The position numbers and the translations under genes were made by a program. This document shows positions 13,151-26,257 of a stretch of 64,000 nucleotides of DNA, piece by piece (positions within the stretch are counted from its first letter, which is position 1; every line of letters starts with the position of its first letter). The notes beneath the pieces were generated by a model. That model worked only from the letters and a program-made list of their open reading frames with translations, was not told the origin of the DNA and made no database searches. The DNA comes from Eledone cirrhosa (lineage: Eukaryota), in the NCBI GenBank assembly GCA_964016885.1, contig OZ024740.1, forward strand, positions 110,670,001 through 110,734,000, given 5' to 3'.

Positions 13151-13191
<41 letters not shown>

Positions 13192-13511
13192 CACACATAT
13201 ATATACACATATACAGGTACACATACATATATGTACGCATGAGTTTAGCGGAAAGTATATACTTTCGAACGTTCAACTATCTGGCAGATGGGTATACAGT
13301 GCTGATGATAGCTAACAAGCTTGAAACTAGTACATCCTTCCTGTGTCAGTGTTGAACAAAAAGGTGACGTGGTTGCCTTAGCACCGTGCGGCATAAATTC
13401 AGGCTGTTCAGTTTGTTTACAAACGAACAAAGCGGGCGCTATAATAAGCGTCCGATAAACTGATGCGTACATATATGTATGTGTACCTGTATATGTGTAT
13501 ATATATGTGTG

Positions 13512-13542
<31 letters not shown>

Positions 13543-13659
13543 GTGCATGCTACTGTACGTCTGTATACATATATGTATGTACGTATACATACATACTTAC
13601 ATTTAAGTAAGTGCCGTACTAAGAGTGAGAAATGAAATTTCGTTTTCATTTTATTACAA

Positions 13660-13662
<3 letters not shown>
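13096..13662 (+). mobile_element. Retrozyme-like element, copy 2, with 5' inverted duplication
   Basis: 13250-13650 is homologous to the reverse complement of 8370-8722; arms 13096-13252 and 13451-13600 are inverted repeats; flanked by (TA)n. Confidence 0.78.
13284..13345 (+). ncRNA. Type I hammerhead ribozyme
   Basis: cagtg CTGATGA t-agct-aaca-agct-t GAAA ctag TA catcc; homologous to the 8631 motif, with differences at N7, in loop II and in distal stem I. Confidence 0.87.
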
Positions 13663-13697
<35 letters not shown>

Positions 13698-13712
13698 TAG
13701 ATACATAGATAG

Positions 13713-13900
13713 ATAATTGTTTCTACGTTAGGCACAAGGCCAGCAATTACCCAGTGCATTACTGGTACTTTATTTTATCGACCCCGTAAGGATGAAAGTC
13801 AAAGTTAACCTTGGCGGGATTTGAACTCAGAATGGCAAGGGCCGTAACTCTATGCGTCAAAGCATGGCGTCCGACCCTCTACCGATACTGCCAATCTACC
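13713..13900 (-). mobile_element. tRNA-derived SINE (family B)
   Basis: Near-identical to 12115-12300; inserted in (GATA)n. Confidence 0.85.
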
Positions 13901-13969
13901 GATACATAGATAGATAATAACAATGAAATGACAGGAGCCTGGACTTGTGTAAATCCTTGAAAGGCTCAT

Positions 13970-14030
13970 TATACTATGATCATTTCACTGACCGGGTTCC
14001 GTATGAATCCGGTGATATCATCAGGTATTC
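13970..14030 (-). ncRNA. Type I hammerhead ribozyme with no adjacent ORF
   Basis: Minus strand: atac CTGATGA tatc-accggattc-atacg-gaacccggt-cagt GAAA tgatca TA gtat; palindromic stem III TGATCA. Confidence 0.8.
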
Positions 14031-14157
14031 GAAATATAATAAGTGAATGTAATACATAAAATCCATGGGGCTGAAAATCAAAGACCCGAGGACGACCGCC
14101 ATCCAGCATCTTCCACCTTTGCCGGTCGCCCTCAAGTGTATATATATATATATATAT

Positions 14158-14245
<88 letters not shown>

Positions 14246-14496
14246 AGGCGTGTGTGGTTAGAGAATTGGATTCGCAATCGTGAGGTTGTGAGTTCGATTC
14301 CCGGACCGGGTGATGCGTTATGTCCTTGAGCAAGACACTTTATTTCACGTTGCTCCTTCTGCCTGGAGTTTGTGACCGACAGATAGTATTAGCAAGTGGA
14401 AAGACAAATGGAAACATTGTTTCCTCGGTCACATTTGACGAGCTCCACCCTACTCGTTAAGCGAATGAGGTCTGGGATCTTGTCGATCGTTAAAAA

Positions 14497-14513
<17 letters not shown>
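14246..14513 (+). mobile_element. tRNA-derived SINE (family A) with poly(A) tail
   Basis: gtggttagag, gagttcgattcc B box, tgtccttgagcaagacacttt, A run at 14492-14513. Confidence 0.85.
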
Positions 14514-14530
<17 letters not shown>

Positions 14531-14865
14531 TAAAATTTATTGTCCACTTCCTCTTATCCCCTTCAACCATACACAAACATCCGCACATACAAAGAAGTAA
14601 AACACTGAAAGTCACTGTGGACTTCTCTTGCATACGTAAGTAATTCATAATAATAAAGTAGACAGATAGACAGACGGAATGCTGCAGCGATTGAAAAATT
14701 GTAGAAACGTGGTTTGTATCAATACATAGATGTAGAGACTGTACAGTAATTCTGGTGATCTCTTGTCTCTATGCCTGACTCATATCTGTGATTAAAGATA
14801 ATAATAGAAAGAACCTTCAGGCAGACGACTCCCGTGGAAGTAAAGGGAATTAATCATGTAATTCC

Positions 14866-14944
<79 letters not shown>

Positions 14945-15076
14945 TTATTTTACCTCTTTGATTTAGATAATATGGCATTAATAAGTAAAGATGAAATCAT
15001 GAAAAAATGGCAGTCTTTTGTTATTTTCTCATACGTTGTGTAAAAGAGAGAAGTCACAATTCTTTCACCCTCTCCC

Positions 15077-15147
<71 letters not shown>

Positions 15148-16329
15148 CCTGTATACACTTATATATGTACATATGTTTGATATAGAAAAAATAAGTTACG
15201 ACGTCACTGAAGCCAAGCTGAATCGACCTTTGCTTTTCACTTGGACAATATCGTTAACGTGGAGAAAGGAGACTGGTATGCATGGGTGACTGCTGGTCTT
15301 CCACAAAAGCACCTTGCCCAGGCTTGTGTCTTGTGGGGAACATTCTAGGTGTAAAATCGATGGTCATTCGTGAGCGAATGGGATTTTACACTTTACTTTA
15401 TATATATTCCCCAGTACATACATATTTGCGTTTGATGAGAGAGTTCTATGCAAGAATATAGCATAATATATGTAATGTAGCAACATATATATAAATATGA
15501 AACATATGAAATAATTATATATCTAAAAACATATCAGTCCAGAATTAATATGGGTATTTTATACCGGATCTAGCTTCGTTGCTAATTATGACTGATTAGT
15601 GGGGAAGCCAGAAATAGAGAGGCAATCATAGTTTGCGAGTTCTTACTCATGATTGTAAGGTCCTGCGTTCGAGTGCCGGACTGGGCGGCGCATTGTGTCA
15701 TTGAGCAAGACACTTTTTTCACGTTGTTCCTGTTCAGTCAGCAGGAGAAATGAGTTGCAACAAAACTGGTTTCAAACTGAATCGGTCTTTGCCTTTCCAT
15801 GGGGCAACTTCAGTGTTGTGGATAAGAGAGACATGCATACATGTGCGATTACTGAACTTTCACATAATTATCATTGCCAGGCCTCTATCTCGCTGATGCA
15901 AACCTTATATGATATGTTTTGTATAATGTGCATATAGTGCAAACATGACTGGCAAGGGTTAATTAGCAGTAGCACTAACATAGTGTGGATTATAATACGA
16001 GTGTATATGAAAGCATATACGATATGTTTATGCATAATAAGCATACAAGAATCTCGCTGTTTATGTTGTAAGCTGTGATTATATCACAGATATCTCAGTA
16101 GCGTGTGAGAATTCCAGACAGCTGTTGCTAGATATTTATAATTCACCGGTGGCATTCATTCACACGGTACTGAGACGAGAATAGGCTAAAGACTAAAACA
16201 TTCATAGCGACACTCTCATGTGTTTATTATACATAAACCTATCATATATGCTTCCATATATAGCCCTATTATGAACCATGCTACGTCAGTGTTTCTGCTA
16301 ATAAAACGTAGCCAGTCAACCTCGCACTG

Positions 16330-16860
16330 TATGCAAATGAGCATCTCGATGAGCTGTTTCATATGCAATAACAATATATTAAATTATCTACAGCTAGATT
16401 CTTAACATAGGGAACTTACTCACCGATATTAAGCATCACAAACAAGCCAAAAAGCAATAAATAAAAACATATCTTTAAACAGTTATTAGAATAATCGCAT
16501 TGGTTTGGATACCAAGGAAAATAAGAGCAAGCGTTAATACGAAGAATTATGTACTCCGACAGTTTATGTAAAGCTAATTCACTGACGTATCAATCGACTA
16601 TCACAGTTCGATAAAATATACAAACCCGTAGATCATACATCGGAGTGAGTGAGGGCAACGTCAAGAAACAGTACTTAAACCATAAATCCGCATTAAGTTT
16701 GCTAGACGAAACAACAGCTCTTCATTATCAACGATATTTTCAACGTATCTATCCTGCATCTCAGCTACAAATACAGGTCAAATATCTGTGAGCGCAATAA
16801 TAATGGAATTTTGAGTAACAGAATATTGTCAGAGGGGAATATAAAACCCATACATTTAAT
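16330..16860 (+). pseudogene. Highly decayed Naiad-like PLE GIY-YIG fragment
   Basis: About 16580-16700 translates as SLTYQSTITV...SYIGVSEGNVKKQYLNHKSAL, matching the YIG..E..FK.RY.NH pattern of the other Naiad-like copies. Confidence 0.6.
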
Positions 16861-16952
16861 ATTGACTTCGAAGATATTGAATTCTCTTTTGCTTTGTACG
16901 TAATACCGTGCACATAATAACATTTAGAAAAAAATATCTATATCTATCTACC

Positions 16953-16997
<45 letters not shown>

Positions 16998-17145
16998 GTT
17001 TAGATCAATATCCAGTGAGTTCGAACTCGTTGTTTAGAATTTGCTCAACAAATTTACTTGGAGCACATGCATAGGATTAATGGTAATACAATCTTTGAAA
17101 CCAGAAGCCTAAGCCACGAAGAGAATGTAATTATTGTATCGACAG

Positions 17146-17452
17146 GTATATGACACCCTTCGGTCAGGAACAACGAAGGGATTTGCACCTAGAAATTACG
17201 CCTCCGTGGCACAAGTCCTGGCAACATCTTTTGTGGAAGACCATGCATACCACCGATTTTGACAAACGGAAACGAAAGGCCGATACATCTTGGCACTAGT
17301 GACGTCGCACCTCATTTCTACATTTAAGGGAACTGGAGTAACATGAATTCAACTGTTTTGCTCAAAGTCACAACACATTAGCCGGTCCGGGAAACAAAAT
17401 TACAACCTTATTTTGGGAATCCAACTCTCGAACCACTAAGCCACTCTCCTTC
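17146..17452 (-). mobile_element. tRNA-derived SINE (family A variant)
   Basis: Minus strand: gagtggcttagtggttcgagagttggattccc...tgtgactttgagcaaaacagtt...gtcttccacaaaa; related to 15200-15390 and 50775-51035. Confidence 0.7.
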
Positions 17453-17506
17453 ACAGTCACACACACATACCTATATATAAGTCTACACGCACGCACACAC
17501 ACACAA

Positions 17507-17554
<48 letters not shown>

Positions 17555-17624
17555 GCGCATACACACGTGTGTGAGTTTGTTTGTGATTTGAACGAATGGA
17601 AAAGAAAAACAAAAACAAACAATA

Positions 17625-18152
17625 ATAGAATCTATCTGGAAACTGTTCAGAGACGAGCAACCAAGCGAATACCCTCCATCAGGCATCTACCATAATCTGA
17701 ACGCCTTGCTTCCCTGGATACATTGAAGCTCCGACGCCTGGCAACTGGCTTGGTAAACCCACAAAATTTTTAACCATCTTGCCAACAACAACCCTGAATA
17801 CCTTTTGATTTCCATGTGTCTAACACACGTGGACATGGCCACAGAAAACAGCACAGTTCCCATGACTTTCGGAAACATTTTTTCACGCTCAGAGTTGCTG
17901 AAGCATGGAACAAACTCCCAGCATCAGTTGTTAGCTGTCGAGACAATGCATCCTTTAAAACCTCCATGCTTCCCGAGATTCGCCAACACTACACCTAATG
18001 TTCCCCCTCCATACACATACACACATGTATATCATGACTCATACACTATTCACTTCCCTGACATTTGTATATTATTCTATGTACTATACATGCACCTTTG
18101 ACGAATTGTAGTGCACCTGAGCACTGTACATAATAATTTCATTATTATTATT
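17625..18152 (+). mobile_element. CR1-clade LINE 3' end
   Basis: LETVQRRATKRIP, ERL..L..LKLRR, TRGH, FRKHFFTLRVAEAWNKLPASVV; 3' UTR ends in (ATT)n. Confidence 0.88.
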
Positions 18153-18251
18153 AAACTGAAAAACTATTATATATGTTGAGAGGAGAAGAGTAAGAAAAGG
18201 AGGGAGAGAAAAGGTGAAAGATTGGATAAAAGACAAACGTATATATATATA

Positions 18252-18423
<172 letters not shown>

Positions 18424-18433
18424 CATAAACATA

Positions 18434-18858
18434 TATGGCCATCCAAAATCACCGGGAGAGATGACCCCTTAGCCTTTGTCAAGGCAGAATTCTAGGGGAA
18501 GGAAAACTCTGCTATAACACCTGCAACCCTGATGGTATCCAATGATGTTGACTTGTTCTTTTTGGTAAATATCATCTTGGTTAAGAGAGTGGGACTGGCT
18601 TTGTACAGTGCCTTTGCTCACTATAAAAGCTTCACGGCACAGGCATTGCTTTATATCTGGAGATCTCTCTACACTTGTCGTCACATGGTACCATGGGCCC
18701 AGCACTATGTGTCAATAATTGTCACAAGTGTAGTGTTTGTACCAGAGTTTTCAAGTCGGTGGCTGGACTAAAAAGTCACGCTCGTTCAGCGCATCGGTCG
18801 GGGTTCTCCTACATGGATATAAAGTAGTGGCCGTACTCGAAAACGAGTTGGCAGCCAC
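18434..18858 (+). mobile_element. RTE-UTR-like non-autonomous retroposon, 5'-truncated
   Basis: Contains ctaggggaaggaaaactctg (RTE 5'-UTR-type motif); reverse complement of 59120-59546; no ORF. Confidence 0.75.
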
Positions 18859-18861
18859 TAT

Positions 18862-18981
<120 letters not shown>

Positions 18982-19073
18982 GTGTGCGTGTGTGTGCGTG
19001 TGTGTGTGCGTGTGTGTGTGTGTATATATTTATATTTATATATATGTGTGTGTATACATATATATATATATAT

Positions 19074-19263
19074 AACGAAGGAATTGTGGTAAGGAACCAG
19101 ATGGACCATAAAGTAACAGAGAACTCAATACTTAGGGTAGTAGAGTGGGTAATAGGAAAAAATATGACCCCGACGGCAGAATTCAAGCCGTTTCGACGGC
19201 TATTTCAGTCCAGAAATAGCCGTCGAAACGGCTCGAGCTCTGCCGTCGGGGACATACTTTTTC
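19074..19263 (-). mobile_element. Palindromic half-HHR element, copy 1
   Basis: Arms 19156-19206 and 19213-19263; homologous to 50211-50408; flanked by (TA)n. Confidence 0.8.
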
Positions 19264-19295
19264 ATATATATATATATTATATATATATATATATA

Positions 19296-19630
19296 TAATA
19301 TATAAGATCAAAAGATGGTTAAAAGAGTTCCATATATTTTATTATGCGCATTTCAAAAACAAATATCATCATGCGATGACATTTGCGTTAAAACTGCACT
19401 ATTCACAAGTGTTTTTTAACCTTCATATCATGTCTCCCTATTTTATCTGACGAAAACGCAAATGTCATCGCATGATGATATTTGTTTTTGAAATGCGCAT
19501 AATAAAATACATGGAACTCTTTTAACCATCTTTTGATCTTATATATTATTTATACTCCAGTCCTACAAACTGTAGAGTGCTACTTATCCGATATCTGCAT
19601 TGCTTTATTGTACAATAAAACTCACCTCCT
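19296..19630 (+). mobile_element. Solo pLTR-like fragment with 5' inverted duplication
   Basis: 19296-19389 is the reverse complement of 19454-19549; contains an HHR; ends near AATAAA at 19614. Confidence 0.78.
19439..19509 (+). ncRNA. Type I hammerhead ribozyme
   Basis: tattttat CTGACGA aaacgcaaatgtcatc-gcat-gatgatatttgttttt GAAA tgcgca TA ataaaata; stem I identical to the 8239 motif; palindromic TGCGCA. Confidence 0.9.
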
Positions 19631-19694
<64 letters not shown>

Positions 19695-20195
19695 GTATGT
19701 ATGTATATATATATATAAATATATTTGTGTGTGTGTATTCATAGACATAATATGGACGATTGCAAGATTGTGCGAATGAAAATGTAAGACGAGGAGTGAT
19801 GTGTGTTAAGGTGGTGGCTAAGGAAAAGAAGTGATAGGGTGGGGGCTAAGGAATTAGAGCAGAAAGGAGAAGATATATAAAGGAATAATGTGCTGAACAA
19901 ATGTAATATTTATGGAGTTGTGTCGTCTGTTTAACGTCACCGTTGCATCGTCATTCTCCTCCGAATAAACTTTGACGCCATCACTAAGTGGGTGTTATTT
20001 ATCCATAAAATGAGACAACATCACAGCCTCAGCCTGCATGCCTCAATCTGTGTGTGTGTGCGCGTGTGTGTGTGTGTGTGTGTGTTTGTGTGTGTGTGTG
20101 CGTTAATGCGAATGCACTCCAGCTATATCTATGTGTATATGTAGTAGGCATGCAGCGACAAACATCAACATTCATACAGGCAGAAAAAAATGATA

Positions 20196-20330
<135 letters not shown>

Positions 20331-20351
20331 GTATAATTATATATATATATA

Positions 20352-20388
<37 letters not shown>

Positions 20389-20490
20389 GCATATAATTTT
20401 TTTTCTCCCTGTATGAATGTTGATGTTTGTCGTGATATGTATATATATGTATATATATATATATATTTATGTATATATGTATATATATAC

Positions 20491-20562
<72 letters not shown>

Positions 20563-20582
20563 GTATATATATAGATATATAC

Positions 20583-20622
<40 letters not shown>

Positions 20623-21134
20623 CATCTTTTGGATCCTGGAGTCGTCATTCGCAATCGAGTATGACGTCGTGGTATATACCATACTTTGGTTAAGTGTTTT
20701 AGGTGGCCATGCGTTTTACGAATAGACATTGACACCCCCTCGATTCAACCAATCATGATACAGCGGAACATGCAGCATGTAACAGCTGGGTGATGAGATG
20801 GATGCGGCAGCATGGGCTGGTATAATCATTATCGACCTCGATTAAGGGCATGTGGACCTCGACTGAATTTGAACTCCACACGTAGAGACCCGAAAGAAGT
20901 AGACAGCACTCTAGCAACTCTGTCAAACCATCCACTACACACAGACACATACAGACACACACAGACACACACAGACACACACAGACACACACACAGACAC
21001 ACAGACACACACACACACACACAGACACACACAGACACACACAGACACACACACAGACACACAGACACACACATACACACACAGACACACACAGACACAC
21101 ACAGACACACACAGACACACACACAGACACACAG

Positions 21135-21166
<32 letters not shown>

Positions 21167-21201
21167 ACACACACACACACAGACTCACACACACACACAC
21201 A

Positions 21202-21270
<69 letters not shown>

Positions 21271-21359
21271 ACACACACACACACATATCTACTTATATAA
21301 TATGTGTGATTTAAACCTTATATTTCTGTGGATTCGTATCAGCAGTTTGTTTTTGTTGC

Positions 21360-21483
<124 letters not shown>

Positions 21484-21561
21484 GTGCGTGTGTACGTGTG
21501 TGCGTGTGTGCGTGTGGGTGCGTGTGTGCGTGTGTGTGCGTACGTGCGTGTGTGTGTATAC

Positions 21562-21593
<32 letters not shown>

Positions 21594-21624
21594 TTATTCA
21601 TATATATAAATAAATAAATGTATA

Positions 21625-21670
<46 letters not shown>

Positions 21671-22067
21671 AACACATATAGAATAAACACAATGTACATA
21701 TATACATGCATAGCGACACAAATATGTAAGCAGATTTACGTTTGGTGTATTTAAAGAAAGCGGCGAAGACATTTGCCTTCTAGGTACTAAAAATTCGGAA
21801 AGATTTCCCCACCAAACATTTCTCTCCCTCTCTACTTCCATTCAATCCATATGGATTTTAATAGCGTCCATGGACACTCCTTGAGGGGATGAATGGAGAA
21901 TAGAAGGCATGTGGCTAAAAACCGAATAAATATTAAAATTATCGAGATACGGTTAGATGGGTGTTGGAGGAGGAGAGCGTGGTGGAATAGAATGGAGTGG
22001 ATGCTTGAGAAACTAGAGTTAGATATAATGATTGAAAAAAGGTAGTGAGAGAGATAGAGAATCAGAT

Positions 22068-22114
<47 letters not shown>

Positions 22115-22125
22115 AAAATATATAT

Positions 22126-22215
<90 letters not shown>

Positions 22216-22789
22216 CAGAGAGAGAGTGAGAGAGAGGGAGAAAGACTGGAAGATTATGTGTATGTGAATGTATGTTTGTTTGAAAGGGGCATATTATTGT
22301 GAATGGAAATGTATGCTTGGCTGGGTGAATGAAAGCATAAAAGAGGGAGCTTTATAGAGATGAGGAGGGGCTATCAATGCCTGTATGTATGAGGCGCACG
22401 TGTGCCTCTAAAGGTGTGTGCCTATCCATCTCTCAATCTATCTATCTATCTAACTATCTATTTATATGTATATATTTATATATATATATGCATGTGTGTG
22501 TGTGCGTGCGTATATATGTATGTATATATGTGTACATGCATATACACATATACATTCATATATATATATATGCATACACACACCTATATATGTATATATA
22601 CATATACATATACGTATATATATATATATATATATTTATTTATTCATATATATATGTACGTAAGTGCATGTACAGTTGTCTAAATATAATTTTTATTTCA
22701 ACATACACATATTTAAATACATTCATACACACCCACAACCGCTATAGAGGGGAATAGATGCTTCCGGCAATATTTGTCTACCATTTTGT

Positions 22790-23240
22790 TTTGGTTTCTT
22801 CTATTCTCTAGAATTTCGCCTATGTGGGGGAGTATCTTTACACTAGGTATTACCCACTACATAAACCTATCATATTTTCTTTTTGCATTCATTCCTTATC
22901 TTTCATGTCTACCTGGTGAAGAACGGCGAATATTTAGTTTACTGTTCCATATCAATTTATCATTCAGGTGAGGTCATGACAGAAAATATGTGTAGAAATT
23001 GATATACTTTAGGAAATTAGTGAATAGTAATTACGTGAGTCGGCTGAAAAATATATAGGCTGATTATGATGGAGTGATGCTAGGGCTGTGAAATATTGCA
23101 TGTCTCAATTGTAACTCCCCGTATTGATAACTGCATTGTTTCTTTCCAGGGACTATATTGAAAAATAAAATGTATTTGGTCATTCCATGAGAGTATGTTT
23201 GCCAGCCAATACTCGTATAATATTCTATAGAACTCCGAAT
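22790..23240 (-). pseudogene. Possible old L1/Tx1-type RT C-terminal fragment
   Basis: W..MQLSIRG resembles the W..R.LS.RGR motif; heavily decayed. Confidence 0.35.
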
Positions 23241-23651
23241 ACTTAAGTTGTTTGTTTCGCAATCATGTCATGGGTTACACAAAATTGGTTATTCAGAAGC
23301 TGCTAGGAAGCCTGTCGAAGTGATTGTACTTTTAATTCAAAGGGTGAGTATTGTCATATATTGTGTAATGTTGAATAACCCTGAGAATTAAGGTAGACAT
23401 ATCTGCTTGATACTTATCCACTTGACATGGTGGGTGTTAATTACAAGAGCAAGTCATTCCATTGATCGAAATACTAGATATATTCATCGTTCAAACTGAC
23501 GGAGACCCGTTCCTTTTTAAATCCATTCAATTTCATTATAAGTACCGCTAGCTCTAAGAAATACATCATATTAAACATATATTCTTTGTTTAAAACAGTC
23601 TTTAAAACAATGTACGAAGCTGAATTCTCGAACTTTTAAGCGTTGAGAATA

Positions 23652-23739
<88 letters not shown>

Positions 23740-23844
23740 AGTACAAAGGATGATTTGCTCAAGCGCATAGGTGTTATAAGATAGTTTATAACATCTTATA
23801 AGACGGAAAAAGAATTTGCCACCTAATCTAAATGGTTAGAGAAT

Positions 23845-23966
23845 CAAGGCCAGCAATTACCCAGTGCATTACTGGTACTTTATTTTATCGACCCCGTAAG
23901 GATGAAAGGCAAAGTCAACCTCGGCGGGATTTGAACTCAGATCGTAAAGGGACGTAACTATGCTGA
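23845..23966 (-). mobile_element. SINE family B, partial
   Basis: Matches 12136-12256; abuts the pLTR fragment at ctatgctgaat. Confidence 0.8.
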
Positions 23967-24008
23967 ATCTTAACCATCTACTATGTCAGGGTATGTCATG
24001 TATCATCT

Positions 24009-24075
24009 TATTTTATCTGATGAGGACGTACTGTTGGACTTAACTCAGTACCTCTGAAATATGTATAATAAAATA
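24009..24075 (+). ncRNA. Type I hammerhead ribozyme in a solo pLTR fragment (about 23962-24210)
   Basis: tattttat CTGATGA ggacgtactg..cagtacctct GAAA tatgta TA ataaaata; flanks homologous to 8190-8350. Confidence 0.9.
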
Positions 24076-24206
24076 TAATTGATCACAAGAATATATATTT
24101 TGTTAATATTTTGAATTAATATTAATAACTCTGGAAAACCTGCTGTTGAGTGCTTCCAATCTATTGTAAAACTCATTCTTTGATGTATTCATTGAATCTT
24201 GTTTAA

Positions 24207-24277
<71 letters not shown>

Positions 24278-24857
24278 TAGACATGAAGTGACTAACAACA
24301 GAATGTTGTAGTCACTTTTAGTGTTCTAACATATATGTGTAGATCTTCAATTTTTTTTCAAGGTCTGGCCTTGGCCGTGGTGATTACATGCTATTGGCTA
24401 ATTTTCAACCAATCAGAGAAAGTGTTGCTCAAAAGCATCCACCATGTTTTTTTGTTTGTTTTCCTAGTTCATTTATTTTTGTTATTTCGTCGTTATATGA
24501 TTTTTTAGAATTTATATTAACTATTTTTAAAACAAATGTAATATACCTCATTAATTTGCTCAGGGAATAAAGAAAATTTATATAGACTGATAATTGCAAT
24601 TGTATGTAAATATTTTATTTTTATATTGTTTATTTATTTTATGTTTTCTATTATGTATAATATATATATTTAATATTGATTGTTTTTTGTTGTTGTTTAT
24701 ATTAAAATCTGAAAATATTTTTATACATCTTACACTAATATTTATAAGATCATTTATAATAACAATTATATAATCTAATTACATTACAACGATAATTTAT
24801 TATTAATGTATATCGTGTTTAACTAGAGTTATTACAAGCGTTGCCTTAAAAAAATAT

Positions 24858-25690
24858 TAAACTAGACATGAAAAATGCGCAAGCTCAAAAGAGCCACAGA
24901 ATGTTTTAATAAACCTTCAAAAGTGTGGGACTAGAGTTGTTACTCAAAAATATTGTAATCATTATCTATCGTATTTTCTGTGGCATCCTTTATAAAAATA
25001 TCACAATAAATACATCTATGTTTAATGTAATAACAGCTATAAATAATTACGTAATATTATTATCATATACTCATAGTCTCTTTTTTATAAAATCTGTGGC
25101 ATCCTTTTATAAAAAAGAGACTCATAAGGAACTCAAGACGACACGATAATTAATTAAGTGAATTTGTAATATAGAATTCGGTTTAAGTGCATTTCGTATT
25201 AATCATTACTAAACATCTAATATGAGTTATTGGAGATTACCTTAAACCAACCTTGCCTTTCTTTTTACACTATTTCACTGCATGCAAATTAATATGAGAT
25301 CATGATATTAGATATAAGATACAGCAGAATATCTACATCTGCAAAGGTACGAAAGCGAAGTAATGATAAATGGCTTAAGGTAATTCCAATATGAAAGTTT
25401 GCAGTGATGAAAATTTGATGATACACTACGATTGTTAATGTTATAGTTCGATGAAAATGTAACAATATATAACTAAATATATTTATAATAATATTACGTA
25501 ATTATTTATAGCTGTTATTACATTAAACATAGATGTATTTATTGTGATATTTTTTATAAAGGATGCCACAGAATGTACGATAGATAATGATTTCAATATT
25601 TTTGAGTAACAACTCTAGTCCCACACTTTAAAGGTTTATTATAACATTATGTGGCTCTTTTGAGCTTGCGCATTGTTCATGTCTAGTTTA
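24858..25690. mobile_element. MITE- or foldback-like element with about 205-bp terminal inverted repeats
   Basis: 24858-25062 is the reverse complement of 25487-25690 (taaactagacatg...catgtctagttta); non-coding interior. Confidence 0.8.
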
Positions 25691-25911
25691 TAAACACAAG
25701 CGACGAGCGATGTTTAGAATTGAGAGAGAAATAGAAGTTTCGCCGTAATATTTTGACTATGCAATTTAGTCTAATAATATACCCTCTGATCGGAAAAAAG
25801 ATAGGTATCAGCATACATGGGTACGAACCCACACCTTGCGTTTGCCGGCCGTGTACTTTACCATTACGCTGATACCCATCTTTCTCCGTTCAGTGGGTGT
25901 CTATGCCGCAT

Positions 25912-26100
25912 TGGTGGATTGGCAGTATCGGTAGAGTGTCAGACACAATGCTTTCCAGCAAAGAGTTATGTCCCTTTCCGGTCTGAGTTCAAATCCTGCC
26001 GAGGTTAACTTTGCCTTTCATCCTTACGAGGTCGATAAAATAAAGTACCAGTAATGCACTGGGATAATTGCAGGCCTTGTGCCAAATGTAGAAACAATAA
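25912..26100 (+). mobile_element. tRNA-derived SINE (family B)
   Basis: tggcagtatcggtagag...gagttcaaatcc...ggtcgataaaataaagtaccag...ggccttgtgcc. Confidence 0.85.
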
Positions 26101-26158
26101 TTAGACTATAGTATTTATTCAAAATATTACGGGAAGCGGGAAGCCACTCTTTCTATTG

Positions 26159-26256
<98 letters not shown>

Positions 26257-26257
<1 letters not shown>

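Noticed and set aside
17074-17138. Possible decayed HHR (atacaat...attgtat) downstream of the 16.3-kb PLE fragment
   Set aside because: Only the stem I-like pairing remains; the core is unrecognisable.
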